Source: Candidatus Marinacidobacterales bacterium
Lineage (GTDB): Bacteria; Acidobacteriota; Vicinamibacteria; Marinacidobacterales; DATDRI01
DNA length: 64,000 nt
Assembly (NCBI GenBank): GCA_965219415.1
Contig: CBDCNP010000002.1
Coordinates: forward strand, 4,960,001 to 5,024,000
Direction: 5' to 3'
This document shows positions 9,311 to 20,247 of this stretch, piece after piece. Below the pieces are notes generated by a model. The model saw only the letters and a list, made by a program, of their open reading frames with translations, was not told the DNA's origin and ran no database searches. A program made the position numbers and the translations under genes. Position 1 is the first letter of the stretch. The number at the start of each line of letters is the position of its first letter.

Positions 9311-12300
9311 CTACGCGGCCGATAGATCCTGCCCGCTGGCGCTTCTGTGCCAGACATAGTCGTAGACGCGCGAGGCGACATCCTCGGTATCGGCCTCGGT
9401 GAATGGCGGACGAGGTAGCGACTCATAGAGCCGATCCAGGATGAAGACCTTGACTTCGGCCCGCGTCGTCGCATGCTGAAGCCACCCTGGCATCGGCGCG
9501 AGCAGGCCGCGCAGTGACGACAGCAGGCCCCGACTCGCCTGTTTCAGGTGCTCTCGGTCCTTCTTGCTGATATTGTCCTTGAACAAAAGGTCAAACAGCG
9601 CCAACTCATCAGCGCTCAGGCCCTCTTTGGCGGCGCGTCGCTGTTCCGTGTCGAGGCTGGCTGCCAGGGCAACCAGTTGCGCAAAAGTGGCTTCAACGGT
9701 CGCCCGGTCTTTCTCGCGGTTGTAGTCGGCGATGATCTCCTGGTACTTCTTGTAGTAGTCCATCCGCATCGGGTTGCGGGCCAGTATCTGGCCCAACTTC
9801 TGCTCGACGACGACGCGAATATCCTGCAGCGCGGCGTGCTTGCGGCGCACCTTGCTGGCAAACTCGTTTCTGAGCTTCTCGAAATCGATCTGACTCAGGT
9901 CCACCGTGAGTCCTTCGGCGCGGTCGTCGCCCGGCGCAGCGGCACGAATCGCCTCGTTCACGATGCGGTGCAGTTCCTTCAGCACCTCGGTCACGTCAGC
10001 GGTGTCGCGCCTCTCCTGCAGTTTCTTGTAGATGGCCTCGATGTTGTCGTGCCGCTCCGCATAGGCCAGTGCGCTTAGTTCCATCAGGAGGGCCTTGAAG
10101 CGGATGAATATCTGGCGGGCCATGATCTCGAAGCGGTGCCTGGCTTCGTCCGAGGCGTAGAGCACGTCCACCGCATCACGCAGGGCTTCGATACGGTCAA
10201 ATCCGGTTGCGCCGTGCAGCCGGGCCGCATCGAAGCCAAGTCCGAGTAGGTGCTTCTCCGCCGCTTCGATGGCCTGGAGCAGGCTCGCCACCAGTTCCTC
10301 GATCGGAGCCACGATGCCCCCGGCACCGCCACCGTCGTCCTCGTCGCCCAGGGCGTACTGCGCCAACGCCTCGCGCAGGCTCTTGAGCATGCCGTTGTAG
10401 TCCACGATGACGCCGCAGTCCTTCCCGGGGAATACGCGGTTGGCACGGGCAATGGCCTGCATCAGGTTGTGAGCCTTCATCGGCTTGTCGATATAGAGCG
10501 TTGCCAGACACTCAACGTCGAAGCCGGTCAGCCACATCGCGCAGATGATCGCGACGCGGAAGGGATGCTGTGGGTCCTTGAACGCGTCCTCGACTGGCAC
10601 CCGCTCGCCGTCCGGCGTCTGAAAGCCGGTCTTCATCACCATCCGGTGCGGAATGATATCGAAGCCCCACCTCTGGAAGTCGCGAACCTCGTTCTGCGCC
10701 TCACTGATGACAATCTCGATGATCGTGCTCTCCATCCACTGCGCTTGGCTGCGCAGGGCATCGATCTCCGCCGTCAGGCGCTCGCGGCTGTCAGCGTCGG
10801 TGGCCACGGCACGCTCCGCCTCCTTGCCTGGGATCAGCGTCTGAATCCGGGCGAGCTTGGCCTTCCATCGTGGCTCGATGCGCTGAAACATCCGGGCGCA
10901 GGTGATCTTGTCGATGCACACCACCATGGACTTGCCCGTCTGCCAGCGGGTGGAGCAGTGCTCGACGACATCGTCGGCGAGCTTGTCGAGCCGGTCGTCG
11001 GCCGTGATCACCTCGTAGTCCTTGCCAAGCAGGTGCTCCAGCAGGGCTTGTTGATTCGGGTCGAGGTCGGTCTTCTCGATGGCGTCGGCGATCCGGTCGT
11101 TGAGATCGAGGCGGGCGATTCCCAGTTTCTCGCCCCGGTTCTCGTAGACCAGTTTGACCGTGGACTGATCCTCTTCGGAACGCTTGAAGTCGTAGCGCGA
11201 GATGTAGCTGCCAAAAATCCGCCGGGTCAGCTCATCGTGCCTGAAAAGCGGGGTCCCGGTGAACCCGATGAACGAAGCGTTGGGCAAGGCGAGGCGCATG
11301 TTGCGCGCGAACTTGCCTGCCTGCGTCCGGTGCGCCTCGTCCGATACGACGATGATGTCGTCACGCACGCTGTAAGGCTCGGTCACTGGCTGGTTGAACT
11401 TGTGGATCAGGCTGAAGACAAAGCGGTGATTGCCGCGCAGGATCTCCTGCAGCGCTTGGCCTGAGCCAGCCCGCGGGGTTTTCTCGTCCGACACGCGGCA
11501 GCCCACGAAGGTGCGCCAGATTTGGTCGTCCAGGTCTTCGCGGTCGGTCATCAGTAGGAAGGTGAAGTTACCGGGCACCACTCGGCGCACCTTCTCAGCG
11601 AAGAACACCATCGAGTAGGACTTGCCGCTGCCCTGCGTGTGCCAGAACACGCCCAGGCGTCCCAGGTCGTCATGCGCCCGCTTCACCAGCGGCAGTTCGT
11701 CCTCCGCCGCGCCACCGGCGGTGGCTTGCACCGCATAGGCCGAGTCAGGCGGCGCTTTAGCGGCCTCCAGCAGCTCCGGCTTCGGCACGCGATACTCGAT
11801 CAGGCGCTCAGCCGGAGGGAAACGACGCTTCAGCTCTTCTTGCTGCACGACAGACGCGACGGCGTTGTTGACGCCGAGCACCTGGTGGTTCCGCGCCACG
11901 ATCTTGCGTGTGCCACCCGCACGGCTGTCGTCGAACAGGATGAAGTTCTCGACCAGATCCAGCAGACGCTCCTTCGCCAGCATCCCGTCGAGCAGCGCCT
12001 CGGCATCCAGGCGCGCCTTGTCTTTCTCGGTGTTGCGCTTCCACTCGACGAAGTGCTCCCACTTGCTGGTGATCGAGCCGTAGCGGGCTTGGTCGCCATT
12101 GCTCACCACCAGGAATGCATTGTGATGGAAGGCGTGGGCGATGCTGTGCTCGGAGAGGTAGTCGGTCAAGTTGTCATCGAAGCCGGCGCGGATGTTCCGA
12201 TAGACCGCTTTCAGCTCGATGAAAACCAGTGGCAGGCCGTTTACGAAGCACACGAGATCGGCGCGTCGGTTGTAGTGCGGCACGCGCAAGCCCTCTATCT

Positions 12301-12718
12301 TCAACTCGCGCACGGCAAGGAAGCGGTTGCGCCCGGCGGCGCGGAAATCGATCACGTGCGCATGTGCGTGCCGGGTCTCGCCGCTCGCGTCCCGCCACTC
12401 CACCGGCACCCCGCCGCGGATAAAGCCGTAGCACTCCCGGTTGTGCTGGATTAGCGAGTGGGCAATGTCGATACGGATGATTTTCTCGATGGCCTGTTCG
12501 CGCGCCGATTCCGGAATGTCCGGGTTCAGGTGCGCGAGCGCTGCCCGCAGGTCGCGCACCAGCACCACGTCGCGCGTCGACGCCCGGCCGAGCGTTCCCT
12601 GCGGCCCGAAGGTCTCGGCGTTGTAGGCGTAGACGCTTTGCCAGCCGAGCCGATCGCGGAGATGATTCGCGAAGGTCTGCTGGACCAGCCGGTCCTCGCT
12701 GTTGATGTCGGTGATCAT
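9311..12718 (-). CDS. hsdR: Type I restriction enzyme subunit R
   Basis: ADLVCFVNGLPLVFIELK nuclease motif, HTQGSGKS, DEAHR, FTGTP, MWLTGFD, QAIARANR. Confidence 0.95.
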   Translation of the reverse strand: MITDINSEDRLVQQTFANHLRDRLGWQSVYAYNAETFGPQGTLGRASTRDVVLVRDLRAALAHLNPDIPESAREQAIEKIIRIDIAHSLIQHNRECYGFIRGGVPVEWRDASGETRHAHAHVIDFRAAGRNRFLAVRELKIEGLRVPHYNRRADLVCFVNGLPLVFIELKAVYRNIRAGFDDNLTDYLSEHSIAHAFHHNAFLVVSNGDQARYGSITSKWEHFVEWKRNTEKDKARLDAEALLDGMLAKERLLDLVENFILFDDSRAGGTRKIVARNHQVLGVNNAVASVVQQEELKRRFPPAERLIEYRVPKPELLEAAKAPPDSAYAVQATAGGAAEDELPLVKRAHDDLGRLGVFWHTQGSGKSYSMVFFAEKVRRVVPGNFTFLLMTDREDLDDQIWRTFVGCRVSDEKTPRAGSGQALQEILRGNHRFVFSLIHKFNQPVTEPYSVRDDIIVVSDEAHRTQAGKFARNMRLALPNASFIGFTGTPLFRHDELTRRIFGSYISRYDFKRSEEDQSTVKLVYENRGEKLGIARLDLNDRIADAIEKTDLDPNQQALLEHLLGKDYEVITADDRLDKLADDVVEHCSTRWQTGKSMVVCIDKITCARMFQRIEPRWKAKLARIQTLIPGKEAERAVATDADSRERLTAEIDALRSQAQWMESTIIEIVISEAQNEVRDFQRWGFDIIPHRMVMKTGFQTPDGERVPVEDAFKDPQHPFRVAIICAMWLTGFDVECLATLYIDKPMKAHNLMQAIARANRVFPGKDCGVIVDYNGMLKSLREALAQYALGDEDDGGGAGGIVAPIEELVASLLQAIEAAEKHLLGLGFDAARLHGATGFDRIEALRDAVDVLYASDEARHRFEIMARQIFIRFKALLMELSALAYAERHDNIEAIYKKLQERRDTADVTEVLKELHRIVNEAIRAAAPGDDRAEGLTVDLSQIDFEKLRNEFASKVRRKHAALQDIRVVVEQKLGQILARNPMRMDYYKKYQEIIADYNREKDRATVEATFAQLVALAASLDTEQRRAAKEGLSADELALFDLLFKDNISKKDREHLKQASRGLLSSLRGLLAPMPGWLQHATTRAEVKVFILDRLYESLPRPPFTEADTEDVASRVYDYVWHRSASGQDLSAA

Positions 12719-12734
12719 AGCGCGGGAGCTCTCA

Positions 12735-13955
12735 TCACACCGCGATCTCCCCGCTCATGAGGCGCGGCAGCAGCACATCGCGGGCGGCGCGGAGCTTCTC
12801 GTTCTGTAGACGTAGCGTGTTCGCCTGCGCAAGAAGGGGCTCGGCCCACTCATTGAACGCACTTATCAGAAGCGAGGCGCGCGGCACGAGAATCTCGGAG
12901 CGCTCAAAGTCGCCAGCAACGACTGCCGGATATGCCGCTCCGCGCGCGTGCTTCTCCAGATAGCCGACGAACGCATCTGTTGTAGTCGCTTGGAGCAGGA
13001 ACGCCGTTGGTAAGCCGGTTGGTGTGATGACGGCGAATCCCGTTGATGCGATCAGATTCGATGATGGCTGCCATATCACTGCATATGACCTACGGTTGGG
13101 CCGGACGCATGACCAGATGATGTCGCCGTGCTTCACGACCCTGCGTGCCCGACTAGGGGCATCCCTGAAGTTGTATCGAGTCGTCTCATTGATCGAGCCA
13201 GGCGCAACCGACGAAATGTCGATATAGTGAATCTCGCCGTCATAGGAGCCGGAGAGCGACTCCTGATTTACGTCCGCAACGTCAGAAAGACGCTTTTTCT
13301 CCCACCCATCCGGCACACCGTTGGTGATACGGGTGTGCTCGTGGCCGGGGAAGCGCAAGCGGACGAACCATTCGCGGTAGAGCTGCCGCGCCGCCTCCTC
13401 CAACAGCGCCATCCGTCGCCGGTTGTTCTCGATCAGGTCGTCGTAGGCGGAGAGGATGCTAACGATCCGCCGCTGCTCCGAGATCGGTGGCAACGGCACT
13501 CGCAACGTCTCCACGTTGGTGATGTTTAGGTTCTGCTGTACTGCGCCGCGAGCTACTGAGAGAATGTTGCTTCTGCCTGCCGGAGAGTTGAAATAGTAGC
13601 GGTAGAAGCGCGAGTCCGCGCGCTCATTCATCCTGAAGCGGATCAAGAATGCGCCCGGCAGAACCGGGAGAGAGAATCCTTCGAATATGGATGCGATCCC
13701 ACATGTTCCGGATCGTGTGATGACAAGGTCTCCAGCTGTGAGAAAGTGATTGCCAAACCGGTCTTCGTTAAGGTGAGCAAGAGGCATTGTTTCGTAGGAA
13801 ATACGACCGTCGTTATCTAGATCAGTCGTGCGTAGCGTGGCGATGTTCCCGTCGTCCGCATATGCAGAGCCGCTGAACCTCGGGCCGAATGCGCTGTGAG
13901 CTACGAGTTCCTCGAAAACGACATGTCCCCACCCTCCTATTCGGGGTGTGGTCAT
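12735..13955 (-). CDS. hsdS: Type I specificity subunit S
   Basis: Two TRDs; PLPPISEQRRIVSILSAYDDLIENNRR and LRAARDVLLPRLMSGEI conserved helices; ATGA overlap with hsdM. Confidence 0.95.
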   Translation of the reverse strand: MTTPRIGGWGHVVFEELVAHSAFGPRFSGSAYADDGNIATLRTTDLDNDGRISYETMPLAHLNEDRFGNHFLTAGDLVITRSGTCGIASIFEGFSLPVLPGAFLIRFRMNERADSRFYRYYFNSPAGRSNILSVARGAVQQNLNITNVETLRVPLPPISEQRRIVSILSAYDDLIENNRRRMALLEEAARQLYREWFVRLRFPGHEHTRITNGVPDGWEKKRLSDVADVNQESLSGSYDGEIHYIDISSVAPGSINETTRYNFRDAPSRARRVVKHGDIIWSCVRPNRRSYAVIWQPSSNLIASTGFAVITPTGLPTAFLLQATTTDAFVGYLEKHARGAAYPAVVAGDFERSEILVPRASLLISAFNEWAEPLLAQANTLRLQNEKLRAARDVLLPRLMSGEIAV

Positions 13956-16075
13956 ACCCCCAGTTCCTCGAAGTTCCGGTGGATGGTGTTCGCCAGCTCG
14001 ACGGCTTCCTTGTCGAGGTCGGCCAACTCGACGTGGATGTCGCGTAGAGTCTGCTCGAAGTCGAAGTCCTCGTTCTCCTCCGGCAGGGCGACGCCGACGT
14101 AGCGGCCAGGGGTGAGGCTCCAGTCGGCGGCTTCAATGTCCTTGCGGTCCACAAGCTTCACCAGACCAGGCACGGCTTCGAGTTCGGCCTTCGGGAAACG
14201 GTCCTGCAGCCACATTACCTGCCGGTGGAAGTACGTAGCGTGCTTCAACTGCTCAACTGCGGCCTTGCGCTCCTCGTCGAGTTGCTTGACCAGCCGGCCT
14301 GTGGCGCGGCGGTCGTAGGCGGCGGAGATCGCATCGTCGGCTGCCAGATCGGTGCCAAGATCCGCTACCCGCGCGGCGAGCTTGTAGAGCAGGTCCACTT
14401 GCTTGATGAGGCCGCGGATCGCCCCCGCGTGGGGGGTAAACGCCTTGCGCGCAGCGTGCTGGGCGTCGTTCTTGTCGGGCAACGCCTTAGCGTATTTCTG
14501 GCCGAAGCCAGCAAGGCTCTTACGAAGCTTCTTCGCGTCGACCTCGTAAAGCGCGGCGGCCTCGCGCAAGTCGGTGACGGCATCGTCGAGTGCTTGCTTC
14601 CTGTCAGCGTCGAGGTCGGCGTGCGTCGCCGTGGCCTTGGCGAGCGCATCGAAGCGTCCACGCAGGTCGGTAAGTGTGGTCACGAAGGGTGCGAGCATCC
14701 CCGGGATGGCGGCGCTCTCGGCGTAGACGCTAGCCAGGTAGTCCTTTACCAGTCCGAGGAAGCGCTTCTGCTGGCCGCGGTACAGCCAGACAATCGCCGC
14801 GAGATCGTGCATCTGCGCGGGCGAGAAATCGTAGATCTTGCGCGTGACCTTACGATAAACATTCCGCGCGTCGAGCATCAGTACCTTGTCCCTACGCTCG
14901 GACGGTTTGGCCCGGTCGAAGTGCCACAGTTCGCAGGGGACGGTGCGGGTGTAGAAGAAGTTGGAGCGGATGGAGATCATCACGTCCACGTCGCCCGTCT
15001 CGACGATCTTCCGGCGCACCTCCTTCTCGCCATGCCCGGCGCTCGAGGCCTGCGAGGACATCACGAAGCCGGCGCGGCCCTTCGGGCTCAGGTAGCTCCA
15101 GAAGTAGGAGATCCAGAGATAGTTGCCGTTGCCGATCTTCTTCTGCTTGTTCACGCCCGGCAGGCCGAAGGGCAGACGCGGGTCGCCCTTGATGCGCTCG
15201 GCGTCCACCAAGTCCACATTGAACGGCGGATTGGCCATCACGAAGTCGCACGTGCCGGCGAGAGTGTGCTCGTCCTGGTAGTAGGTGATAGCCTCGGCAA
15301 TCTTTCCCTCTAGCCCGTGCACCGCGAGGTTCATCTTCGCGATGCGGATGGTGTCACGGTTCTTCTCCTGACCGTAGAAGACGACTTTCTTCGCCGTGTC
15401 GCCGCCCTCGTGCTCGATGAAGTGGCTGGACTGCACGAACATGCCGCCTGAGCCACAGGCCGGGTCGAACACCGTGCCGTGGTCCGGCTCGATGACGTTG
15501 ACAATGGTCTGCACGATCGAGGACGGCGTGAAGAATTCACCGTTGTCGTGCGCCTTCTGAATCGAGAACTTGGCGAGAAAGTACTCGTAGATGCGACCGA
15601 AGACATCGCCAGTGGCCTGCTTGATCTGCTCGCTGTTGAACAGGCGCATCAGATCCTCAAGCACCGTGGACTCGAAGATGCCGTAGTCCTTGGGTAAGAC
15701 GCCGACGAGCGGTTCGAACTCGGATTCGATGGCGGTCATGGCCTCGGTGACGAGCTTCGGCAAGTCGGCGCCGCTCACCGCCGCCTGCTGCATGATCCAG
15801 TCGTAGTGGGCCTTCTCCGGTAGGTAGAGGGAGCGGCGCGCGATGTAGTCGGCCGGTAGGACCTTACGCCTCGGCATTTTGCTGCTCGTCTGGTCGGCAT
15901 CGATCTGCCGGCGGGCGGCCTTGAAACGATTGGCCGCGTGACGAAGAAAGATGATCCCCAGCACCGGCATGAAGTAGTCGCTCGACGTGAGCTTCGAGTT
16001 GGCGCGGAGGTTGTCCGCGGCCTCCCAGAGGTCGGTTTCGAGCTTCTCGATGTGTTTGAAGGCGTTGCTATTCAT
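13952..16075 (-). CDS. hsdM: Type I N6-adenine methyltransferase subunit M
   Basis: LWEAADNLR, GEFFTP, DPACGSGG, ANPPFN, WSLTPGRYVG. Confidence 0.95.
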   Translation of the reverse strand: MNSNAFKHIEKLETDLWEAADNLRANSKLTSSDYFMPVLGIIFLRHAANRFKAARRQIDADQTSSKMPRRKVLPADYIARRSLYLPEKAHYDWIMQQAAVSGADLPKLVTEAMTAIESEFEPLVGVLPKDYGIFESTVLEDLMRLFNSEQIKQATGDVFGRIYEYFLAKFSIQKAHDNGEFFTPSSIVQTIVNVIEPDHGTVFDPACGSGGMFVQSSHFIEHEGGDTAKKVVFYGQEKNRDTIRIAKMNLAVHGLEGKIAEAITYYQDEHTLAGTCDFVMANPPFNVDLVDAERIKGDPRLPFGLPGVNKQKKIGNGNYLWISYFWSYLSPKGRAGFVMSSQASSAGHGEKEVRRKIVETGDVDVMISIRSNFFYTRTVPCELWHFDRAKPSERRDKVLMLDARNVYRKVTRKIYDFSPAQMHDLAAIVWLYRGQQKRFLGLVKDYLASVYAESAAIPGMLAPFVTTLTDLRGRFDALAKATATHADLDADRKQALDDAVTDLREAAALYEVDAKKLRKSLAGFGQKYAKALPDKNDAQHAARKAFTPHAGAIRGLIKQVDLLYKLAARVADLGTDLAADDAISAAYDRRATGRLVKQLDEERKAAVEQLKHATYFHRQVMWLQDRFPKAELEAVPGLVKLVDRKDIEAADWSLTPGRYVGVALPEENEDFDFEQTLRDIHVELADLDKEAVELANTIHRNFEELGV

Positions 16076-16435
16076 GCCGTACCGGGCTCAGGCCGTTCTT
16101 TTCACCTTGATACGTTCGCGGACATCTGCGGCAACGTCGAGACTGCTTGCGTCACCAGTTCGGCGAAGAGCCAACGCCCACCGACTGACCCGCATGGGCT
16201 TCCTAAAGTGTGAGCCCAGCAAGATCCATTTGTTCACCGGGGCTAATGCTATCAACCCGAGGTAGAAGTGTGAAGTTGAACACTACGTTCTGCATCCGCT
16301 CGGCGAACGCCCGCTCGAGGAGAACAGAGTCCTCAAAGCTCGGCTTCGCGGGAGGAAGCTTCGCTCAAACCTTGGCGGACCCTGGTTGAGGCCCAATTCG
16401 AGAGCAAGCTAAGGGTATCAAGGAGGTCTAGGCGC

Positions 16436-16726
16436 ACCTGGACCAGAACGTGCTAGTCCGCTACACTGCGGTAGCCTCGGCCTCGATTCTGGGCCTCTCG
16501 GATGGCCTCTTTTCCACTGCCCGTACGGCCCCCGGTCAGCACCGGCTCCCCATTTGGCGCAAACTTGTCCCTCGGAAATCGAGATTAGAGACCAAATCCG
16601 AAAATGAGGCCCTTTCAGCCCTTCTAGGGCGTCTCTAGTGACACCTAATCCTGGAAAACCGCGCCAACCGCGCGGAAAATCCCACCCGTCTCTGCAGTGC
16701 CACAATCGGCCAGACTGGGTGGCGGA
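16436..16726 (+). repeat. Arm repeat R2 (full-length), ending in the tRNA 3'-end core TGGCGGA
   Basis: Collinear with ~34651-34939, including CCAACCGCGCGGAAAAT..CCGTCTCTGCAGTGCCACAAT.GGCCAGACTG.GTGGCGGA. Confidence 0.9.
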
Positions 16727-16770
16727 TGGGGCAGTTCGGAGCTATCCGGTCTCGGCTGGAAACGAATGAA

Positions 16771-16894
16771 TAACAGGGAATTAACAGGGAATTTGGGCTA
16801 TTTTGAGGCTGATCGGGCCGTTTTTCCACGTGGTAACCCATCTGTATTTCAAATGGTTAGATGGCAATTCCCTGTTCCAAAAAAACAGGGAATT
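16771..16894. repeat. AACAGGGAATT motif cluster (putative recombinase/accessory binding sites)
   Basis: TAACAGGGAAT x2 in tandem (16771-16792) plus palindrome AATTCCCTGTT-N7-AACAGGGAATT (16866-16894). Confidence 0.65.
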
Positions 16895-17059
16895 TGAAAT
16901 AGGCGAACAGAGAAATGTCACGAGCAGCCTCGCGCACTCCACAAGCGCCGCAGAAAACCGCCGGAGGACCGCGATGGCAAGTTCTCGGCAGACCTCCACC
17001 GCTTCGTCCGAGCGAAGGGTGTCCGGCCGTTGAGGACGCCGCGAAGAGCACCTCAGGCG

Positions 17060-17345
17060 AATCCTACTGTGAGAGACTCACCGGCACCACACGCCGGGAG
17101 TGCTTGGATTTTCTGATACCGCGGTCGGAGGAACATCTCCACCGACTCTTGACCGAATGGCGTGACTACTATAATCGGGCGAGACCACATTCATCGCTCG
17201 GGCCACGCCTTCCCACCCCCTCTGTCGAGCTTCCGATGAAACCGGACCAGCACCGACATCAATTACCCTACCAGCGCGCCGTTGCCTCGAGGCCGGTCCT
17301 TGGTGGGCTCCATCACGATTACCGGTTGTCACGCGTTGCCTGCCT
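17060..17345 (+). pseudogene. C-terminal rve transposase fragment
   Basis: ERLTGTTRRECLDF...YYNRARPHSSLG...GGLHHDY. Confidence 0.75.
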
Positions 17346-17627
17346 GACTGACCTAGTTTCTCGCGGGGAACAACGCGTTCTTTCTCGAGCACGTTATTGC
17401 GTCGGTGGCCTGGCGGCGACAGCGTGCAGAATTTCCACCGCGTCGAAGACGAGTTCGCAGAACGTCGCTCTCATGGCTGTCTGCCCGTCAATACGCGATC
17501 TTCTTTTTTGTGGGTCACAACTATTCATAGTAAACTAACTCTTAACCTGGAACAGTTTTTGCGGGTAGGTCAGGAGATATTTGAAGACGTTCATTCGAAG
17601 CGCGGCGATTGAGCTGAGATCCTTGCC

Positions 17628-17759
17628 ATGAGGTTCACCCGCCATATCGGCATCGACTACTCCGGTGCGAAAACACCGGAGAGCCAGCTGAAAGGACTGC
17701 GGGTCTACGAGGCAAAAGCTGGGCCACCCACCCACGAAGATCAGCCACGCCGTCAGTGA
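17628..17759 (+). pseudogene. N-terminal fragment of a DUF429-like (RNase H fold) protein
   Basis: MRFTRHIGIDYSGAKTPESQLKGLRVY followed by an early stop. Confidence 0.4.
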
Positions 17760-17882
17760 AGTCGGTCGCTGGCGGTGCAGAAACCGCGCCGTGGCGCGCT
17801 GACCGTTGGCAGTAAACCGAGCAGACTCCACCAATGGCGTATCATTCCAACCGCCGGATCGCTTCGAGAAGGAGTTGCTGGA

Positions 17883-18893
17883 ATGACTGATACTGGGTAC
17901 TACTACCCGGCACCGTATTGGAGTTCGGAGGACAGTAGTTGGATCAAGTCGCTTCTGCTGTTCTTCGACGACGTTGCTATTCTATTACCGAATTACATGT
18001 ACGGTCGCCACGTCGACGCAGATCCAACGCTTGCTGAGCCTCTTGAGGACCGAGGTCTCTTGCGAGTGCTCGAACCCAACGACTGGATCGACAGAGAAAT
18101 CACTGGCAAGTTGGCGGAGGTCGTTGCTGAACTGCTCACCAATGGCACATTCGATGACCTTCGGAAGACTGACTACTTCGCGGAGCTGTCGCAGTCCCGA
18201 ATCGGCTATGGCGCCGACGTGAAATTGGCAGGTTCTTTGGTCGAGGAGCTTCAAGCGAAAGGACTTGCGCGCCCGAGCGAGGACGGCGGAGTTTCGATCC
18301 CGCTCCATCCTGATGTACGCACCACTATTCTTGCCGTTCTCGCACAACTCGCCCGTATCGCCGGAAAAAAGCACGAATTGGCGATTCATCCGGTGACCAA
18401 CAACTCCGAAGCCGTCATGGATTTGGTGAGAACATTGTCACGGGAGTCGATGCCATCACGGGACAAGGTGATTAAACTAGACCTTGAACCCGTGACGTTC
18501 GACTTGGCATCCATTCCTCTTGATGATGTTCTTCAGTTCCGTACGGAACACCAAGATGCCTATCGCGCATACATGCGCGATCTTCGGGGTTTCATCGCCG
18601 AACTAGCCGACATCGATAACCCCGATGAGCGAGAAAGTGCGTTGCTGAAACGCCGACAGGAAGTTGCTGATGCAGCCCACGACATCCAACGATCTACCAG
18701 ACTGGCGCTCGGGAAGGATCTGCGCTCGTGGTCTCTGGGGATTGCAGGCAGCGTTTGGTCAGCGGCTACTGGTGACCCGATTGGCTTGGCACTCACGGCT
18801 GCCGGCGTCATTTCCGGGATCGTTCCTGGCGTCCCCGAAAGAGTCAGCGCGTATTCCTACCTGTTCGCAGCCAACCGCACATTCGGAATGTAG
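17883..18893 (+). CDS. Uncharacterised DUF6236-like protein with C-terminal Gly-rich hydrophobic segment
   Basis: GGAG RBS; YYYP...WIKSLLLFFDDVAILLP N-terminus; SLGIAGSVWSAATGDPIGLALTAAGVISG C-terminus. Confidence 0.5.
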   Translation: MTDTGYYYPAPYWSSEDSSWIKSLLLFFDDVAILLPNYMYGRHVDADPTLAEPLEDRGLLRVLEPNDWIDREITGKLAEVVAELLTNGTFDDLRKTDYFAELSQSRIGYGADVKLAGSLVEELQAKGLARPSEDGGVSIPLHPDVRTTILAVLAQLARIAGKKHELAIHPVTNNSEAVMDLVRTLSRESMPSRDKVIKLDLEPVTFDLASIPLDDVLQFRTEHQDAYRAYMRDLRGFIAELADIDNPDERESALLKRRQEVADAAHDIQRSTRLALGKDLRSWSLGIAGSVWSAATGDPIGLALTAAGVISGIVPGVPERVSAYSYLFAANRTFGM

Positions 18894-19094
18894 GTTGCGT
18901 GACGGATAGCCCGTCTGGTCCAAATACTCGAACGCCCAGCGGGTCAGCAGTTTGCAATCCGCTCTCGAACGATGGAAGCACGAAGTCAGCGGAGCAGATT
19001 CGGTTTCAACCAAATCGTTTCGGGCGCCAGCGGTCGGTAACCCACTAGGTTGAACCCGTCCTGTGCCAAAACTCGGCCCCTTTTGAAATAGACC

Positions 19095-20247
19095 GGTGCT
19101 TCCGCAATTAAGTGTTGGCGGCCAGCCCCTAACCGGTCTGCGTGCTAGAGTTTGAACCAGAATTCCGAAGACACAGTTCTCTCATCGTCAGGGCCGAGCC
19201 GAAGTGAAGAATAGCAAATGTCTCAATCCCGCATGTCCGTTGCGGGGCAAAGTCAGTTCCGGAAACATCGTTCGCCACGGATTCTACCGAACCAGGTCCG
19301 GGAAACGCCGTCGATACCGGTGCGGCGAGTGCGGAAAGACGTTCTCTTCGACGAAAGGCACGCCCTACTACCGTCTCCAACATCGAAGAGCTACTTTCGA
19401 TGGGGTCATTGCTCTCAGAGTCGAGGGTGTCAGCATTTCCGCGATTTCCCGGATCAAAGGGATTGCCTGGAACACCGTCGCCCGCTGGCTCGAGAAGGCA
19501 GCCCAAGTGTGTCGTCGATTCAATCACAGAAGGATCGCTGGCTTCGCTGCCGAAGAGCTTCAAGCCGACGAGATTCGCACGTTCGCGGGCAACAAGAAGA
19601 CACCGAGTTGGGTCTTCGTTACGATCGAGGTCTGGTCTCGGCTCTGGCCATCGACGGTGACGGGAAGGCGAAGCTACCGGAACACTCACGCTCTGTTTCG
19701 CGACCTTTCGAGACGGATGAATTTCGAGCGTCTTCCCTTGATCGTCACGGATGGATTCGAATTCTACCAGAAGGTCATCCGTCGCTTCTTCGGTCCAGCG
19801 TGTCTCTACGGCCAGGTCCTAAAAACGCGCAGGAACGATCGCATCATCAAGGTCGAACGGAGAGCGCTGCACGGAGCCGCGTGGCGATTCGAAGACGCGC
19901 TCAATAACTCCGAGGACTCTTCGACATTGAACACGTCGTTCATCGAGCGGTTGAATCTGACCATCCGGCAAAGCTCGGCATACCTTTCGAGACGAGTTGC
20001 TCCGTTGCTATTACAACTTCGTCCGACCGCACGGAGCTCTGAAGTTCGGACGTGAGATCCGAACTCCGGCTATGCAAGCCGGTCTGACGACGCGACGGCT
20101 CACCTTTCGAGACATCTTCTTGGCGATGACGATTCCTTTGTGGTCGCGGATCGAGGTTTTCCTGCTCACTGGGACGCGCAACCCGGTCTCTTCCGCACCT
20201 GTACCACTGCCCGCAGCCGCGTAGCAACACTTGATGGCGGAAGCACC
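19095..20247 (+). mobile_element. IS1-family element, copy 3 (47-bp internal deletion, frameshifted)
   Basis: Same TIRs; 1153 bp versus 1200 bp; deletion near 19995. Confidence 0.85.

Noticed and set aside
16720-16760. Second tRNA gene
   Set aside because: Only the 7-nt 3'-end core matches and there is no cloverleaf; interpreted as an att core.
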